This document shows positions 7,348 to 17,523 of a DNA stretch of 42,630 nucleotides, piece after piece (position 1 is the stretch's first letter; every line of letters starts with the position of its first letter). The stretch is from Eubacteriales bacterium (GTDB lineage: Bacteria; Bacillota; Clostridia; Oscillospirales; CAG-272). Where the stretch lies: contig JAZNBI010000001.1 in NCBI GenBank assembly GCA_045586995.1, positions 1-42,630 on the forward strand, written 5' to 3'. The translations under genes and the position numbers were made by a program. The notes beneath the pieces are model-generated. The model did no database searches. It saw only the letters and a list, made by a program, of their open reading frames with translations, and was not told the DNA's origin.

Positions 7348-7869
7348 TTATTGAAAACTAATCAATTCCTCGAACGTCTTGCGCTTTTTGGGACGCAGCT
7401 CATCCAAGGCATATCCAAGCGATATGACCAATCTAACTTCGCCGTCTATATCGCAAATTTTTTGAATCTCATCGCTGTCAAGCCATCCGATAATACAAGT
7501 GCCCAGTCCTTGAGCCGTCGCTTCCGCGGTGATATAAGCAGATAAAATACCGATATCGATCGAACGGTAATCGTTATGCTTTAGCTTTGCTCCTATTGCC
7601 GCCGTTTTACAGTACGGTTTTTCGGAAATAACAAGCAAGACAGGTGCTTCATCCACAAATCCGTTTAAGCCCACTGCTTTTGTCTTTGCGGCAACCCTTT
7701 TTGCAATATCGCCTTTGCATACCGTTATATGATACGGCTGACCGTTACAAGCAGACGGAGCAAGAATTGCAGCGTCCAAAACTGCGCGCAATTTTTCATC
7801 CTCCACACTGCGCGTACTGTCATATTTTCTGCACGAATAACGTGATTTTGCAATTTCAGTAAAATTCAT
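7348..7869 (-). CDS. Nitroreductase family protein
   Basis: RYSCRKY, APSACNGQPY, GLGTCIIG, ISLGY motifs. Confidence 0.92.
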   Translation of the reverse strand: MNFTEIAKSRYSCRKYDSTRSVEDEKLRAVLDAAILAPSACNGQPYHITVCKGDIAKRVAAKTKAVGLNGFVDEAPVLLVISEKPYCKTAAIGAKLKHNDYRSIDIGILSAYITAEATAQGLGTCIIGWLDSDEIQKICDIDGEVRLVISLGYALDELRPKKRKTFEELISFQ

Positions 7870-7928
7870 AAGCCGTTTATCCTTTGATAAGATTTAATAA
7901 AATATAGATACATATTACACGCCATATT

Positions 7929-8243
7929 TCAGTCGGCGTCCTCGTCGAGCGCTTCGATTAAAAAGCTTACCGGGCGAAAACCGTCATTACAGGAAATCAT
8001 GGCGGATTTTGTGTCTTTCATCCATCCGTCAAAAAAATCTCCTCCGCCATATGCCAAAGTCATCACAAAAGGCGATATACTCTCCCACGCGCTTTCGCAA
8101 AAATCTGTCGGTTTTTTATGACCGTTGGCTATAAAGCTCTGCCCTACCTTCATATTGCAAGCATGCTCAATGGGATTTTCGTATTTTTCGATCAAGTCAT
8201 CATAAACCGTGATTTTCATAACGGTAATTCTGCATTTTTTCAT
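7929..8243 (-). CDS. TIGR04076-like small Cys-containing protein
   Basis: C...GQSF, FCESAW, SCNDGFRPVSF motifs; GGAGG RBS before the ATG at 8243. Confidence 0.75.
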   Translation of the reverse strand: MKKCRITVMKITVYDDLIEKYENPIEHACNMKVGQSFIANGHKKPTDFCESAWESISPFVMTLAYGGGDFFDGWMKDTKSAMISCNDGFRPVSFLIEALDEDAD

Positions 8244-8288
8244 TATAAACCTCCATAGCACGCTAAGGTGTTTTACTTTCTCCCCCGA

Positions 8289-9200
8289 TTATCCGAATAA
8301 GCTATCTGGATCATAATCGGGAAGCGCTCCAAGATTAGATACGACAAAATTACTTATAATTGTCGCCTTACTCATACAAGTGGGAATATCTGCGCCTGCA
8401 AGATAGTAATACATAAAGCAAGCGCCGAAGCTATCCCCTGCTCCAACCGTAGAAACCACTACGGTATCCTTCGGATTACCTTTAGAATATTCTTTGTCCT
8501 TGAGCCCATCATACACGTACGAGCCGTCTTTATCAAGAGTTAACATTATAAGATGTATATTTTTATAGCTCGAACAGATTTTACGGCAAAGCGCTTTTTT
8601 GTCGTCAAGTGACCCACCGAGCTTTTCACCTATCATAACGGCTTCGTCACGGTTTATCTTAAGTATTGTGGCATTATTCAGACAAAAATCAATAGAATCG
8701 TCGTCATAGCAATTTGTTCTCAAATTAATATCGCAAAACACCTCTCTGAACTTAACCTTTTTTATAAGCTTGTGAAGTGTGGCACGCGAAACACTGTTTC
8801 TCTGAACTAAAGTGCCGAAATATACCGCATCAAAATTTTGCTTTTCGATCGAAGAAATTTCTTCGTCGCTTAATTCAATATTATCGTACGCCATATCGGA
8901 AAGTACATTGTATGTAGGAGAACCGTTGTTTAACGTTACGAAAACCTTTCCCGTTTCATATTTTGAGGTTTCAAAAAGATAATCGTATTTTATGCCCAAT
9001 TTTTCGGCGTTCCTTTTTACATCTTCGCCAAGCTCATCATTTCCTATACCGGAAACAATATAAGGCACGCCTCCCATTTTAGCAAAATGTCCGCAAAAAT
9101 TAAATGTTGCCCCCCCGATTTTCGATTCGTTAGGAAAAATATCAAATAAAAGTTCTCCGTATGCAAGTACTTTAATAATTTTCATGCTTTTGGCGTTCAT
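8289..9200 (-). CDS. PfkB family carbohydrate kinase (fructokinase-like)
   Basis: GELLFD, GGATFN, GNDELG, DINLR, TVGAGDSF motifs. Confidence 0.92.
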   Translation of the reverse strand: MNAKSMKIIKVLAYGELLFDIFPNESKIGGATFNFCGHFAKMGGVPYIVSGIGNDELGEDVKRNAEKLGIKYDYLFETSKYETGKVFVTLNNGSPTYNVLSDMAYDNIELSDEEISSIEKQNFDAVYFGTLVQRNSVSRATLHKLIKKVKFREVFCDINLRTNCYDDDSIDFCLNNATILKINRDEAVMIGEKLGGSLDDKKALCRKICSSYKNIHLIMLTLDKDGSYVYDGLKDKEYSKGNPKDTVVVSTVGAGDSFGACFMYYYLAGADIPTCMSKATIISNFVVSNLGALPDYDPDSLFG

Positions 9201-9221
9201 AATACTCACCTTTTTCAATTA

Positions 9222-9689
9222 TTAAGCAGTAAATTTTACAACCACTTTTCTGATTTTTTCTCCGCTTCTCGGCTCAATATTGGGCATATGTCCGTCTTCA
9301 GGGAAAACAATTATAAACATTCCCGGCTTTAATATAATAAAATCGCCTTCTCCGTCGTGAAATTCAACATCATTATCAGCATCATACCCACGAGAAGATT
9401 CGAGATTACCTCTGTGCGCGTATCCGAACTTTTGCTCTCCCTCCAAAATATAGTGTATGTCACCTCTTATATTGTGAGTTTCCCAAGAGCACTTTTCAAT
9501 CGGCTTTTGACTTCCCGCTTCAAAAAACGCATAGCAATCGGTTCCGTCTATTTCAAAGCTTGTGCGTTCTGTAAGTTCTGAAAAATCCGTGTTTTGAAGA
9601 AATTCAAGACCTTGACGAACTCTCGGAGAAACCGCTTCGTATTTTTTCGCATTTTTAATATTATCAACAATCATTTTACTGCACCACAT
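9222..9689 (-). CDS. YhcH/YjgK/YiaL (NanQ/TabA) family protein
   Basis: WETH..DIHYILEGE, YD..NDVEF, FPEDGHMP, RKVVVK motifs. Confidence 0.88.
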   Translation of the reverse strand: MWCSKMIVDNIKNAKKYEAVSPRVRQGLEFLQNTDFSELTERTSFEIDGTDCYAFFEAGSQKPIEKCSWETHNIRGDIHYILEGEQKFGYAHRGNLESSRGYDADNDVEFHDGEGDFIILKPGMFIIVFPEDGHMPNIEPRSGEKIRKVVVKFTA

Positions 9690-9974
9690 CTAAATGAGAT
9701 GTATCCTTTCGTAATTTTAAGCCAATTCGACCTATATATATAATAGCACACTTTACAAAAAACTTAAAGTATCTACATTGACAAAAAATAGTCCATAATT
9801 AACATCTTATACGATTTATCGATCCGTTTGCTTCATCTTTTTATTGATATGATATAAAAATCTTAATTTAGAGCTATTTTAAAGCAATCTAAATACTATT
9901 TTTCGTCGCTTTACTATGGTATAATTGCATTATAATTAAAAAGCAATTCTGATATTTTAAATTTGGAGGATGTT

Positions 9975-11534
9975 ATGAATTCTAAAGTACCATTTAAAAC
10001 CATTTACAGCAACGACACAACCAATATTTGTACTTGTGTCAGCCCATATCACGAAAAAAATGCGCCATTTAAGCCTGAAATGATCAGAGAAACCGTAAAA
10101 GAAGTAGCAGGAAAGACCGACGCTCATTTTATTCAGCTTGCCCACGGACGAGTACCGTGGTATCAAAGCAAAGTCTATCCAATGAAAGAGCATATGAAAT
10201 GGTGGTCCGAGCACTTTGAGGTTCCGTATGAAGACCTTATGAAAATGGGCGGACCAAACGGATATGTTCGCGATGGCGGAGACATGCTTCAGGATTTTAT
10301 CGACGCTTGCCGCGAATTCGGTCAAGCAGCTTTTGTTTCACTCCGTATAAACGATACACATCACATAGAATGGGTTAATACAAAAGGTCATACAAATGGT
10401 ATTCACAGTATAAGTAAGCCCATGGCAGAACACCCGGAATACCGCCGCGGTCCCGACCTTAGTTCTTGGTCAGAAAGAGCGCTCAACTGGATCTATCCCG
10501 AAGTGCGCAATACACTTTTCGCACTTATTGAAGAACAGTGTGAAAACTACGATATTGACGGTTTTGAACTTGATTTCATGCGTCATCCGGATTTCTTTAT
10601 TGTAAATGAAACCACTCTCGCTCAAAGACGCGCAATTGTTGGAGAGTTCATAACAAGAGTCCGTACACTCCTCAATCGTACGCAGCGAGGCGATAAATAC
10701 AGATATCTTTGCGTAAGAATTCCGAGCTCCTTAAAAACTTGTGATAATATCGGTGTTGATGTTGCCGCACTCGAAGAGCTTGGAGTTGATATGGTAAATA
10801 TTTCTTCTACATTCTTCACAGAACAGGCTGTAGATATTAAAGCATTTACCGAAAAACTCCCAAATACGGCTGTATATTTTGAACTTTGCCATTGTATATT
10901 TACAGGAAAATCATTGGTAAAGGATAAATACGACAACTTTACGTTCAAGAGAACAACCGATGAAGAATACTATTCGGCAGCTCATATTGCATACAAAGAA
11001 GGCGTGCAGGGTATTAGTTTCTTTAACTTCGTTTACTATCGTGAACACGGCACTGAAGGCAGGGGGCCTTTTAACGAGCCGCCCTTCCACGTTATAGAAG
11101 AATGTAAAGACGCAGAGCTTATTGCAAAAAAAGCTCAACATTTCTTCCTCACTAAAAACTGGTGGTCCAGTACTTGTCAGCTACTCAATGCGGTAAGTAC
11201 AGAAAAGCCGGGCAATTACAGAATGAAAATGTATGCTCCCGACGGCGGCTGGAAAACGACAACGGCGCGCTTCCGTATTATGGTCGAAAACGAGCTTGAA
11301 GGCAGAGAATTTGACGTTTACTTCAACGGAACAAAGCTCGTTCCCTGCGACGATATTTCCGAACCGTACGAAAGCGACTATCAATATATTCCGCTTTTGC
11401 CGTCTCCCGAAACCACAAAGGCATGGACATTCCCGATGGAGCTTGCAAAAGAGGGCTGGAACGATATAAAGATCGAACTTACCTCGGGAGAACCGACAAA
11501 ATTCTATATGCTCGACCTTTGCTTCGATAACTGA
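9975..11534 (+). CDS. Putative glycoside hydrolase (GHL10/family-10-like TIM barrel), no signal peptide
   Basis: SLRINDTH, EHPEY, LNW..PEVR, YDIDGFELDFMR motifs; GGAGG RBS before the ATG at 9975. Confidence 0.65.
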   Translation: MNSKVPFKTIYSNDTTNICTCVSPYHEKNAPFKPEMIRETVKEVAGKTDAHFIQLAHGRVPWYQSKVYPMKEHMKWWSEHFEVPYEDLMKMGGPNGYVRDGGDMLQDFIDACREFGQAAFVSLRINDTHHIEWVNTKGHTNGIHSISKPMAEHPEYRRGPDLSSWSERALNWIYPEVRNTLFALIEEQCENYDIDGFELDFMRHPDFFIVNETTLAQRRAIVGEFITRVRTLLNRTQRGDKYRYLCVRIPSSLKTCDNIGVDVAALEELGVDMVNISSTFFTEQAVDIKAFTEKLPNTAVYFELCHCIFTGKSLVKDKYDNFTFKRTTDEEYYSAAHIAYKEGVQGISFFNFVYYREHGTEGRGPFNEPPFHVIEECKDAELIAKKAQHFFLTKNWWSSTCQLLNAVSTEKPGNYRMKMYAPDGGWKTTTARFRIMVENELEGREFDVYFNGTKLVPCDDISEPYESDYQYIPLLPSPETTKAWTFPMELAKEGWNDIKIELTSGEPTKFYMLDLCFDN

Positions 11535-11556
11535 TATTATAGCTTTTAGCTAATTT

Positions 11557-11643
11557 AAAAAAATATGTGTTCTGTAAAAAGAACACATATTTTTTTATAT
11601 AATCAAAAGCGAACTGTCACTAATGCAACAGTTCGCTTTTTTT
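11557..11643. terminator. Two tandem terminator hairpins between convergent genes
   Basis: AAAAAATATGTGTTCT...AGAACACATATTTTTT and AAAAGCGAACTGT...ACAGTTCGCTTTT. Confidence 0.75.
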
Positions 11644-11659
11644 GCGTGATAACACGCTT

Positions 11660-12829
11660 TTAGCCGGTAATACCCGAACGTTCAATTCCTTGTACCAGGA
11701 ATCTTTGACAGAAAGTATAGAGTATAACCAGCGGTAAAATAATCATAATACCACAGGTATTTCTGATCGCAGCATTATACATATTGGTACCTGCGTAGTC
11801 AGTCTGCAAAGATGCCGGCAATTGCGTGATGGATGAAATACTCGGCATAAGCTGGAAGGTTTCCGAAACAATACCGGATGACTCTTTGATTTTACCAAAT
11901 ACAAGGAATCTGGTAAATGCGTCTGATGTAGTACCCGAGGATATGAACATTGTCGAATAGAAATCATCTGTCCATTGCCAAGAGAACGCAAACAGGAACA
12001 CTGTGATCATCATCGGAACGGAAAGAGGAAGAATTACATTAATAAAAGTATGTAATGTTCCCGAACCGTCAATATATGCGGATTCTTCCAACTCATCCGG
12101 AACGCCTCTGAAAAACTGTCTGAGCATAAAAATGTAAAGACCGTTTTTAAAATACAGACCGGTTGCAGAAAGAATAAGGAAAGGCCAATAAGTATTGCCG
12201 AGGTTTATTCCTTGAGGATAATTCAAAATCTTTATCTGCTCCAAGATATTATCCAAGAAGCCGATACCGGAATATGCTCCTCCGCTTAGGAATGTAAGAA
12301 TTCCAAAGATATCAAAGCATCTGAAATTCATAAACATTGAAAGTTGAAGCGTTTGGTGAGGAATTATCATGGTTAAGATAACCGCAAGGAAAACCAATTT
12401 GTTACCCTTGAACTTAAATTTCGCAAGTCCATATGCAATGAGCGCGCAACTGAATGTCTGAATAACAGCAGTTGTAAGCGAAAGGATCAATGTATTTGCA
12501 AAAATTTGAAAATAATTGAGCTCAAGAATAATTGCTTTGTAAATAGTAAGCGAGAAATGCTTTGGAATAAGTCTTACCGTAACGTCAACAAAATCTTCGG
12601 GTGCCATAAAAGAGCCTGCGATTTTACTGAAAAACGGGAAAAGCACGATGTACGAGATACCGAGCATCAATACCAACCTAAAAATAAACCAAACGGCCTT
12701 CTTCAGGAAGAATGCAGAGATGAACTTTGCTTTCAAACGCTCCTTCAAAGGAGTCCTTTCAAATTCAACCTTAATCTTATTTTTTGATTCTTTTTTTACC
12801 ATGGGTTGATTTATATTTTGTGCGTTCAT
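11660..12829 (-). CDS. Carbohydrate ABC transporter permease (MalG-type)
   Basis: AYGLAKFKFKG, LRQFFRGVPDELEESAYIDG (EAA loop), QRFLVQGIERSG. Confidence 0.9.
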   Translation of the reverse strand: MNAQNINQPMVKKESKNKIKVEFERTPLKERLKAKFISAFFLKKAVWFIFRLVLMLGISYIVLFPFFSKIAGSFMAPEDFVDVTVRLIPKHFSLTIYKAIILELNYFQIFANTLILSLTTAVIQTFSCALIAYGLAKFKFKGNKLVFLAVILTMIIPHQTLQLSMFMNFRCFDIFGILTFLSGGAYSGIGFLDNILEQIKILNYPQGINLGNTYWPFLILSATGLYFKNGLYIFMLRQFFRGVPDELEESAYIDGSGTLHTFINVILPLSVPMMITVFLFAFSWQWTDDFYSTMFISSGTTSDAFTRFLVFGKIKESSGIVSETFQLMPSISSITQLPASLQTDYAGTNMYNAAIRNTCGIMIILPLVILYTFCQRFLVQGIERSGITG

Positions 12830-12844
12830 TTCTTCACCTCCCTA

Positions 12845-13819
12845 TTAATCTCTTCTCTGATAGAAGACGTATGCTGAGAAAATAGCAGCAACCGCGGCAA
12901 CTATCAAAGTTACGATGACGAAGTACATCCAAGACATAGCAGAGCTGATTACGTTACCGTCAGCTTTAGCATACTCGTTTGCAATAAATGTCATTACTTT
13001 ATTAGAGTCAGTAGTAAATGAGTCGATAATAGTATATACACCATTAACAAGAATCATCGGGCTTATCATCGGGAATGTAATTTTCCAGAAGGTTTCCCAA
13101 GCGGACGCTCCGTCTATCTGACAGGACTCATAAATAGCAGGAGAGATAGATTGAAGACCGGCAAGGAAAATAAGCATTTGAACACCTGAACGGTTTACAA
13201 TAGAATAAATATTGTTAATAGCCGATACAACATAGTCCAAAATTTCCGTTCCTATTTTCATATTAGCGAACAAATTTTGAAAGTCAAGTGTAGAAACAAT
13301 CTGTGATGCCGTACTCATCCCGGAACCGTCATTGATACCTGACGTTTCTCCCATATAATCACCCAAGATATTCTGAGCTTCTATACTCTCCATAAGTCCG
13401 GTTGAAAGAATAACCGGGATGAAGAAGATTGCACGAAACGCGGTACGCCCGGGCATATTTTGATTCAAAAGTATTGCCATAAACAGCGAGAACACTATGA
13501 TAGCAGGAATATCAAATGCCATCTGTTGCAAACCCGAAATAAGCGTTTTAACATATGACGGATTTACAAACAATGCTTCGTTGTAGTTCAACCATCCAAC
13601 GGGAGTGTATTCATACGTTCCTCCTGAAGTGGAGATTCGATAAAAGCTAAGCTGAATAGATTCAAGCACTATAGGAAGATAAATAACTATAAATCCGATT
13701 ATAAACGGAAGGACGAAGAACCATCCTGCACGCGCTTTGCGTTTGTCAAGAGAGGCAATCTTATTTTTCTTTGGCTTATTAAGAGCTTTATTGCTGAGCA
13801 TTTTTGCTTCTTTAGTCAT
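12845..13819 (-). CDS. Carbohydrate ABC transporter permease (MalF-type)
   Basis: FRAIFFIPVI, FLAGLQSISPAIYESCQIDGAS, WKITFPMISP. Confidence 0.9.
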   Translation of the reverse strand: MTKEAKMLSNKALNKPKKNKIASLDKRKARAGWFFVLPFIIGFIVIYLPIVLESIQLSFYRISTSGGTYEYTPVGWLNYNEALFVNPSYVKTLISGLQQMAFDIPAIIVFSLFMAILLNQNMPGRTAFRAIFFIPVILSTGLMESIEAQNILGDYMGETSGINDGSGMSTASQIVSTLDFQNLFANMKIGTEILDYVVSAINNIYSIVNRSGVQMLIFLAGLQSISPAIYESCQIDGASAWETFWKITFPMISPMILVNGVYTIIDSFTTDSNKVMTFIANEYAKADGNVISSAMSWMYFVIVTLIVAAVAAIFSAYVFYQRRD

Positions 13820-13823
13820 ATTA

Positions 13824-16800
13824 TCATACCTCCCCTTCGTTTAAGTCATAGTGATTGACAACTACATATCCATAAGGCTCGATCTCATATGTAATTTCGT
13901 TATAAACCACTGTAATTGCAAAATAGTTATAATTGAGTATAAATGTTCTATACTCATTATCTTCGTCTTCGCCGTAAGTAACAGCTACAATAGAACCGTC
14001 TTCGACTGCGTACTTGTTGAAACCGCTGTCTTCCCCGCTATCTGTGATACCGCTTTCACCTTCATCGTTGCCATCTTCTTCAGATTTGTCAACGATAATT
14101 TTATCAGGTGCATATGTGCTGAATACACTGTTAGCTTCTGATTTGAGCGTTTCCCAAGTACTCATCGCACTGTCATGAGCAATCTTTGCGTCACCAACAG
14201 CTGCAACAACGCTGTTGTACATTTCTTTAATATCATTAACGATATTTTCAGCATATCCCGAATCTTCGGCTGTGAATATATCGTATGCTATTTGTGCGCC
14301 TTCCAAGCTCTTATTTGCGATTCCCATTTGATTTTTAATTACATTAATGTAATTAACAGAATCTTCGACTGACGCCTCAACAACTGCAATCTCATTAAGA
14401 ATAGCTTCTTCGTCGGTAAGAGTTTCGATTTTGGCAATTGCATCTGTAATATCTTGAAGTTTAACTGAAATATATGCCAAGTATTTTTCGCAATCTGTTT
14501 TTGCTTTATCCGCATTTGCAACAGCTTCAGAACGAGCGCTTGCAACGATTTCTATAATTTCTTCGTTGGTATATCCTTCTTCTTCGTCGTCGCCTGTAAC
14601 TTCTTCGTCATCAACCTTGTTATCATCTTCCAACTCATCGGCATCCGGAACTCGTGAACCGTTCAAAAATTCATGGTCTATAATGATTTTGGTTTGCAAA
14701 TCTGCCATTAATCCGTTAAGCTCTTTATAGATATCCACCAACTGCTTGGTTTGGAAGTTTCCGTCTTCATCATATTCGCCTACCCAAATATCGTATCTTA
14801 CCGAATAGTATTTATTGAAGACATCACTTTCCTTGAACTTTTCGGAATTACGATATGCAAGTGTGAACAAAATAGATGAACCGTTTTCAATCGCCTTAAG
14901 GAATGAATACTGAATATCACCCTCCATATTAATAGGAGTTCCCGCAAATTGAATATAACCGTGAAGCAAAACGCCTATAAACGGAACGCTATTGCTTGCC
15001 TTCATATAGTTACTGGATTTAAGCGGAGCGTTCAAAATATAGTCAATATACTTCCAAGTGTACGCGTTTGCTCCTTCTGACATGATTTTTCCGTATACCG
15101 AATCAAGATATTCAAAAGCTCTTATGGTGAATTCTTTTGAATCCTCGCGGTTATACGGCTCATCCTCATCAAAGTCGGAGTTAAGGTCAGTACCGAGTGT
15201 AGATAACGAAATACCGAGATTCTTACCTAAACCGTCCTTATCGAATTTCACATAATTGGAAGATAACTTTTCATAGAATCTACTGAAATATGCAGGGGAT
15301 ACGGCAAGTTGGAAATAACTGAGATAATTTTGATATGCAGCACTGTATTCACGCTTACTTGTATATCTGTTATCTATCGTTTTAACTGCGTGTTGCTTGA
15401 GCGATACTCCGTCGAAAGAACCTACGGAATTGATATATACAAAATCAAAATCCGGGAAAATTTCAACATTACTTCCGTCGGTTTCATTTACCGAATCAAC
15501 ATATGCAAGCAAATCTTCAAAGCCATTTTTGCCGCCTACTGCTTTTTCAAATTTCAACCGATACGGCATCCTATAGTTCATACCGCCGTTGGCGAACCCT
15601 GTCAATTTGAACTTGATATTATCAATTCCAACAGAATAAAGGTCTTTATAAATAGTTTTGATATCATCAAATGTGGTCAACGGAACCATTGTATTTACAG
15701 GAATAGAAAGTATTTTTTCTACAGTTTCAATAGCTCCGAATGTTTCGATATAAAGCGGAATATCGTTATCAACATCCTCACTTGTCAATCTCTTAAGCAC
15801 ATTTCCGCCGTAATCTGATGTAAGATACGATTGATATGCCTTTGCCATTCCCATCCAAGAGCAATCGAAATAATTTTCAATTCCCTTTTCTTCGGCAATA
15901 GCAGTGTCGGTAAGCATAATATAACGGATCTTATAGTTTCCAACGTATTTACGCGAGGAAACAACCGTCCATGTTGTATTTGAGCCGACCGATATTGCAG
16001 ATGCAAGATTGTACGAGTCCTTAGGACGCGGATAGAATTGCATCTTTACTGTGTTATATTTGCTAAGTTTGCCTGCGTGATATGTTGAAATTTCTGCGAG
16101 TGCGTCGCCTTCTTCGATAATTGCAACAAATCCTCTGTCCTCGGAAACTTCTTGTAAATATGTTTCAATCTGAGGTTCTTCGGGTGTTGTTTCATCCGAA
16201 GATGTTATGTCATCTGTAGGAGTTTCCTCAGGTGCGAGATCTTCTTCAAGTACACCTACCGAACTATCATCACCTGACTCAGTTGCAGAATCATCTGCAG
16301 ATGATTCGGTTGTATCTTCCGCATCAATCGGTTTTGTAACGACTTTGAGTCCCGACCAATTTTCTACAATACCAAACACAGGGTATCTGACAACTTCTTG
16401 GTTTGAACCCGTTATCGTTTGGTATGCATAGTCGGGTCCGTATACTTTACCTGTAATAGCAGTCGTTGCTCCGGTGAGATCTTCAAATCTGAACAAAGCA
16501 CCCGAGCCGTCCGGGAAGAAGGTATATCCGGTGTTTGGATTTGAACCCGCTCCCATATAAGGAAGCACCGTAAGGTTAGTAAGCTGGAAATTATTTTCAT
16601 CATAAGTGATACCGTTTGCAGGCAATCTTACCGACATTCCCAGTTCGTCAAGAGTATACTCCAATGCAAGCTTGAAAACCGGTGGGTTTTCGCTTTCGTC
16701 AACATACTTCGTTTGGTCATGGTCTTTGTCCAATTCCTCGTATGTGTACAACGGGCAATATGTCTTTATAACGGTTTCGGTATAAAGCAACTCTTTCGGA

Positions 16801-17504
16801 GTAATATTAGGACAAACATATACAGCCATCTCTCTTGTTATCGGATAGTCTGTATACAACTGTGCACGCGCACGGTCTGATTTTTCTTCTGCGGGGTCTT
16901 TGAGATCATAGTAAGACAATACTTTTCTATATTCAAATGAATATTCTCCGCCCGGAACAGATTCCTTGATAATATTTAAAATAGCTTCCTCAAAACGTTC
17001 TTTTGAAATCATACGAGGAACAAGGTATTTGGTCTGTTCACGTCCCAACGTATATTCAACTCTTATACCGTTTTTAATGTTCTTTACTTTAATTTGATCG
17101 TTAAGAGCAGCATCGGTATAGCTGTAGAAAAACTTTTCTGCGTTATTATCCGTATATTTCAAAACAACCTGCGAAAGTAATTCGTTTTTAGTCGCTTCCG
17201 AGCCAGCAGAGCCGGCAGCGCCTATATCATACGGATTTGTAAAAAGTATCTGTCCTGTTTGTGTGTTTTTGTTAGCGACTTCACCGGAATATGGGTCAAC
17301 CCAAATCTGATAAACTCCTCTTTGCACTTTGAGTTGCATAGTTGCAAGCTTCTCTTCCGCACTATTGAATACCTTTGTATAATAATCAATAGGCTCGGCA
17401 TTAGCGGTTTCTGCGCCTACTTCTATCGCAGAAAGGCACGAGAGCGAACACACCAACATAACAACAGTCAAGAATGCTGATGTAAATCTTATTTTTTTAT
17501 TCAT
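13824..17504 (-). CDS. Large secreted DUF5696-like protein of atypical sugar ABC clusters
   Basis: Signal-peptide-like N-terminus from the ATG at 17504 (AGGAGG RBS); LPYMGAG, FPDGSGAL, PVFG, VPFIGVLLHGYIQFAG motifs; acidic insertions. Confidence 0.7.
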   Translation of the reverse strand: MNKKIRFTSAFLTVVMLVCSLSCLSAIEVGAETANAEPIDYYTKVFNSAEEKLATMQLKVQRGVYQIWVDPYSGEVANKNTQTGQILFTNPYDIGAAGSAGSEATKNELLSQVVLKYTDNNAEKFFYSYTDAALNDQIKVKNIKNGIRVEYTLGREQTKYLVPRMISKERFEEAILNIIKESVPGGEYSFEYRKVLSYYDLKDPAEEKSDRARAQLYTDYPITREMAVYVCPNITPKELLYTETVIKTYCPLYTYEELDKDHDQTKYVDESENPPVFKLALEYTLDELGMSVRLPANGITYDENNFQLTNLTVLPYMGAGSNPNTGYTFFPDGSGALFRFEDLTGATTAITGKVYGPDYAYQTITGSNQEVVRYPVFGIVENWSGLKVVTKPIDAEDTTESSADDSATESGDDSSVGVLEEDLAPEETPTDDITSSDETTPEEPQIETYLQEVSEDRGFVAIIEEGDALAEISTYHAGKLSKYNTVKMQFYPRPKDSYNLASAISVGSNTTWTVVSSRKYVGNYKIRYIMLTDTAIAEEKGIENYFDCSWMGMAKAYQSYLTSDYGGNVLKRLTSEDVDNDIPLYIETFGAIETVEKILSIPVNTMVPLTTFDDIKTIYKDLYSVGIDNIKFKLTGFANGGMNYRMPYRLKFEKAVGGKNGFEDLLAYVDSVNETDGSNVEIFPDFDFVYINSVGSFDGVSLKQHAVKTIDNRYTSKREYSAAYQNYLSYFQLAVSPAYFSRFYEKLSSNYVKFDKDGLGKNLGISLSTLGTDLNSDFDEDEPYNREDSKEFTIRAFEYLDSVYGKIMSEGANAYTWKYIDYILNAPLKSSNYMKASNSVPFIGVLLHGYIQFAGTPINMEGDIQYSFLKAIENGSSILFTLAYRNSEKFKESDVFNKYYSVRYDIWVGEYDEDGNFQTKQLVDIYKELNGLMADLQTKIIIDHEFLNGSRVPDADELEDDNKVDDEEVTGDDEEEGYTNEEIIEIVASARSEAVANADKAKTDCEKYLAYISVKLQDITDAIAKIETLTDEEAILNEIAVVEASVEDSVNYINVIKNQMGIANKSLEGAQIAYDIFTAEDSGYAENIVNDIKEMYNSVVAAVGDAKIAHDSAMSTWETLKSEANSVFSTYAPDKIIVDKSEEDGNDEGESGITDSGEDSGFNKYAVEDGSIVAVTYGEDEDNEYRTFILNYNYFAITVVYNEITYEIEPYGYVVVNHYDLNEGEV

Positions 17505-17523
17505 TATCATTCTCCTCCTGTCA

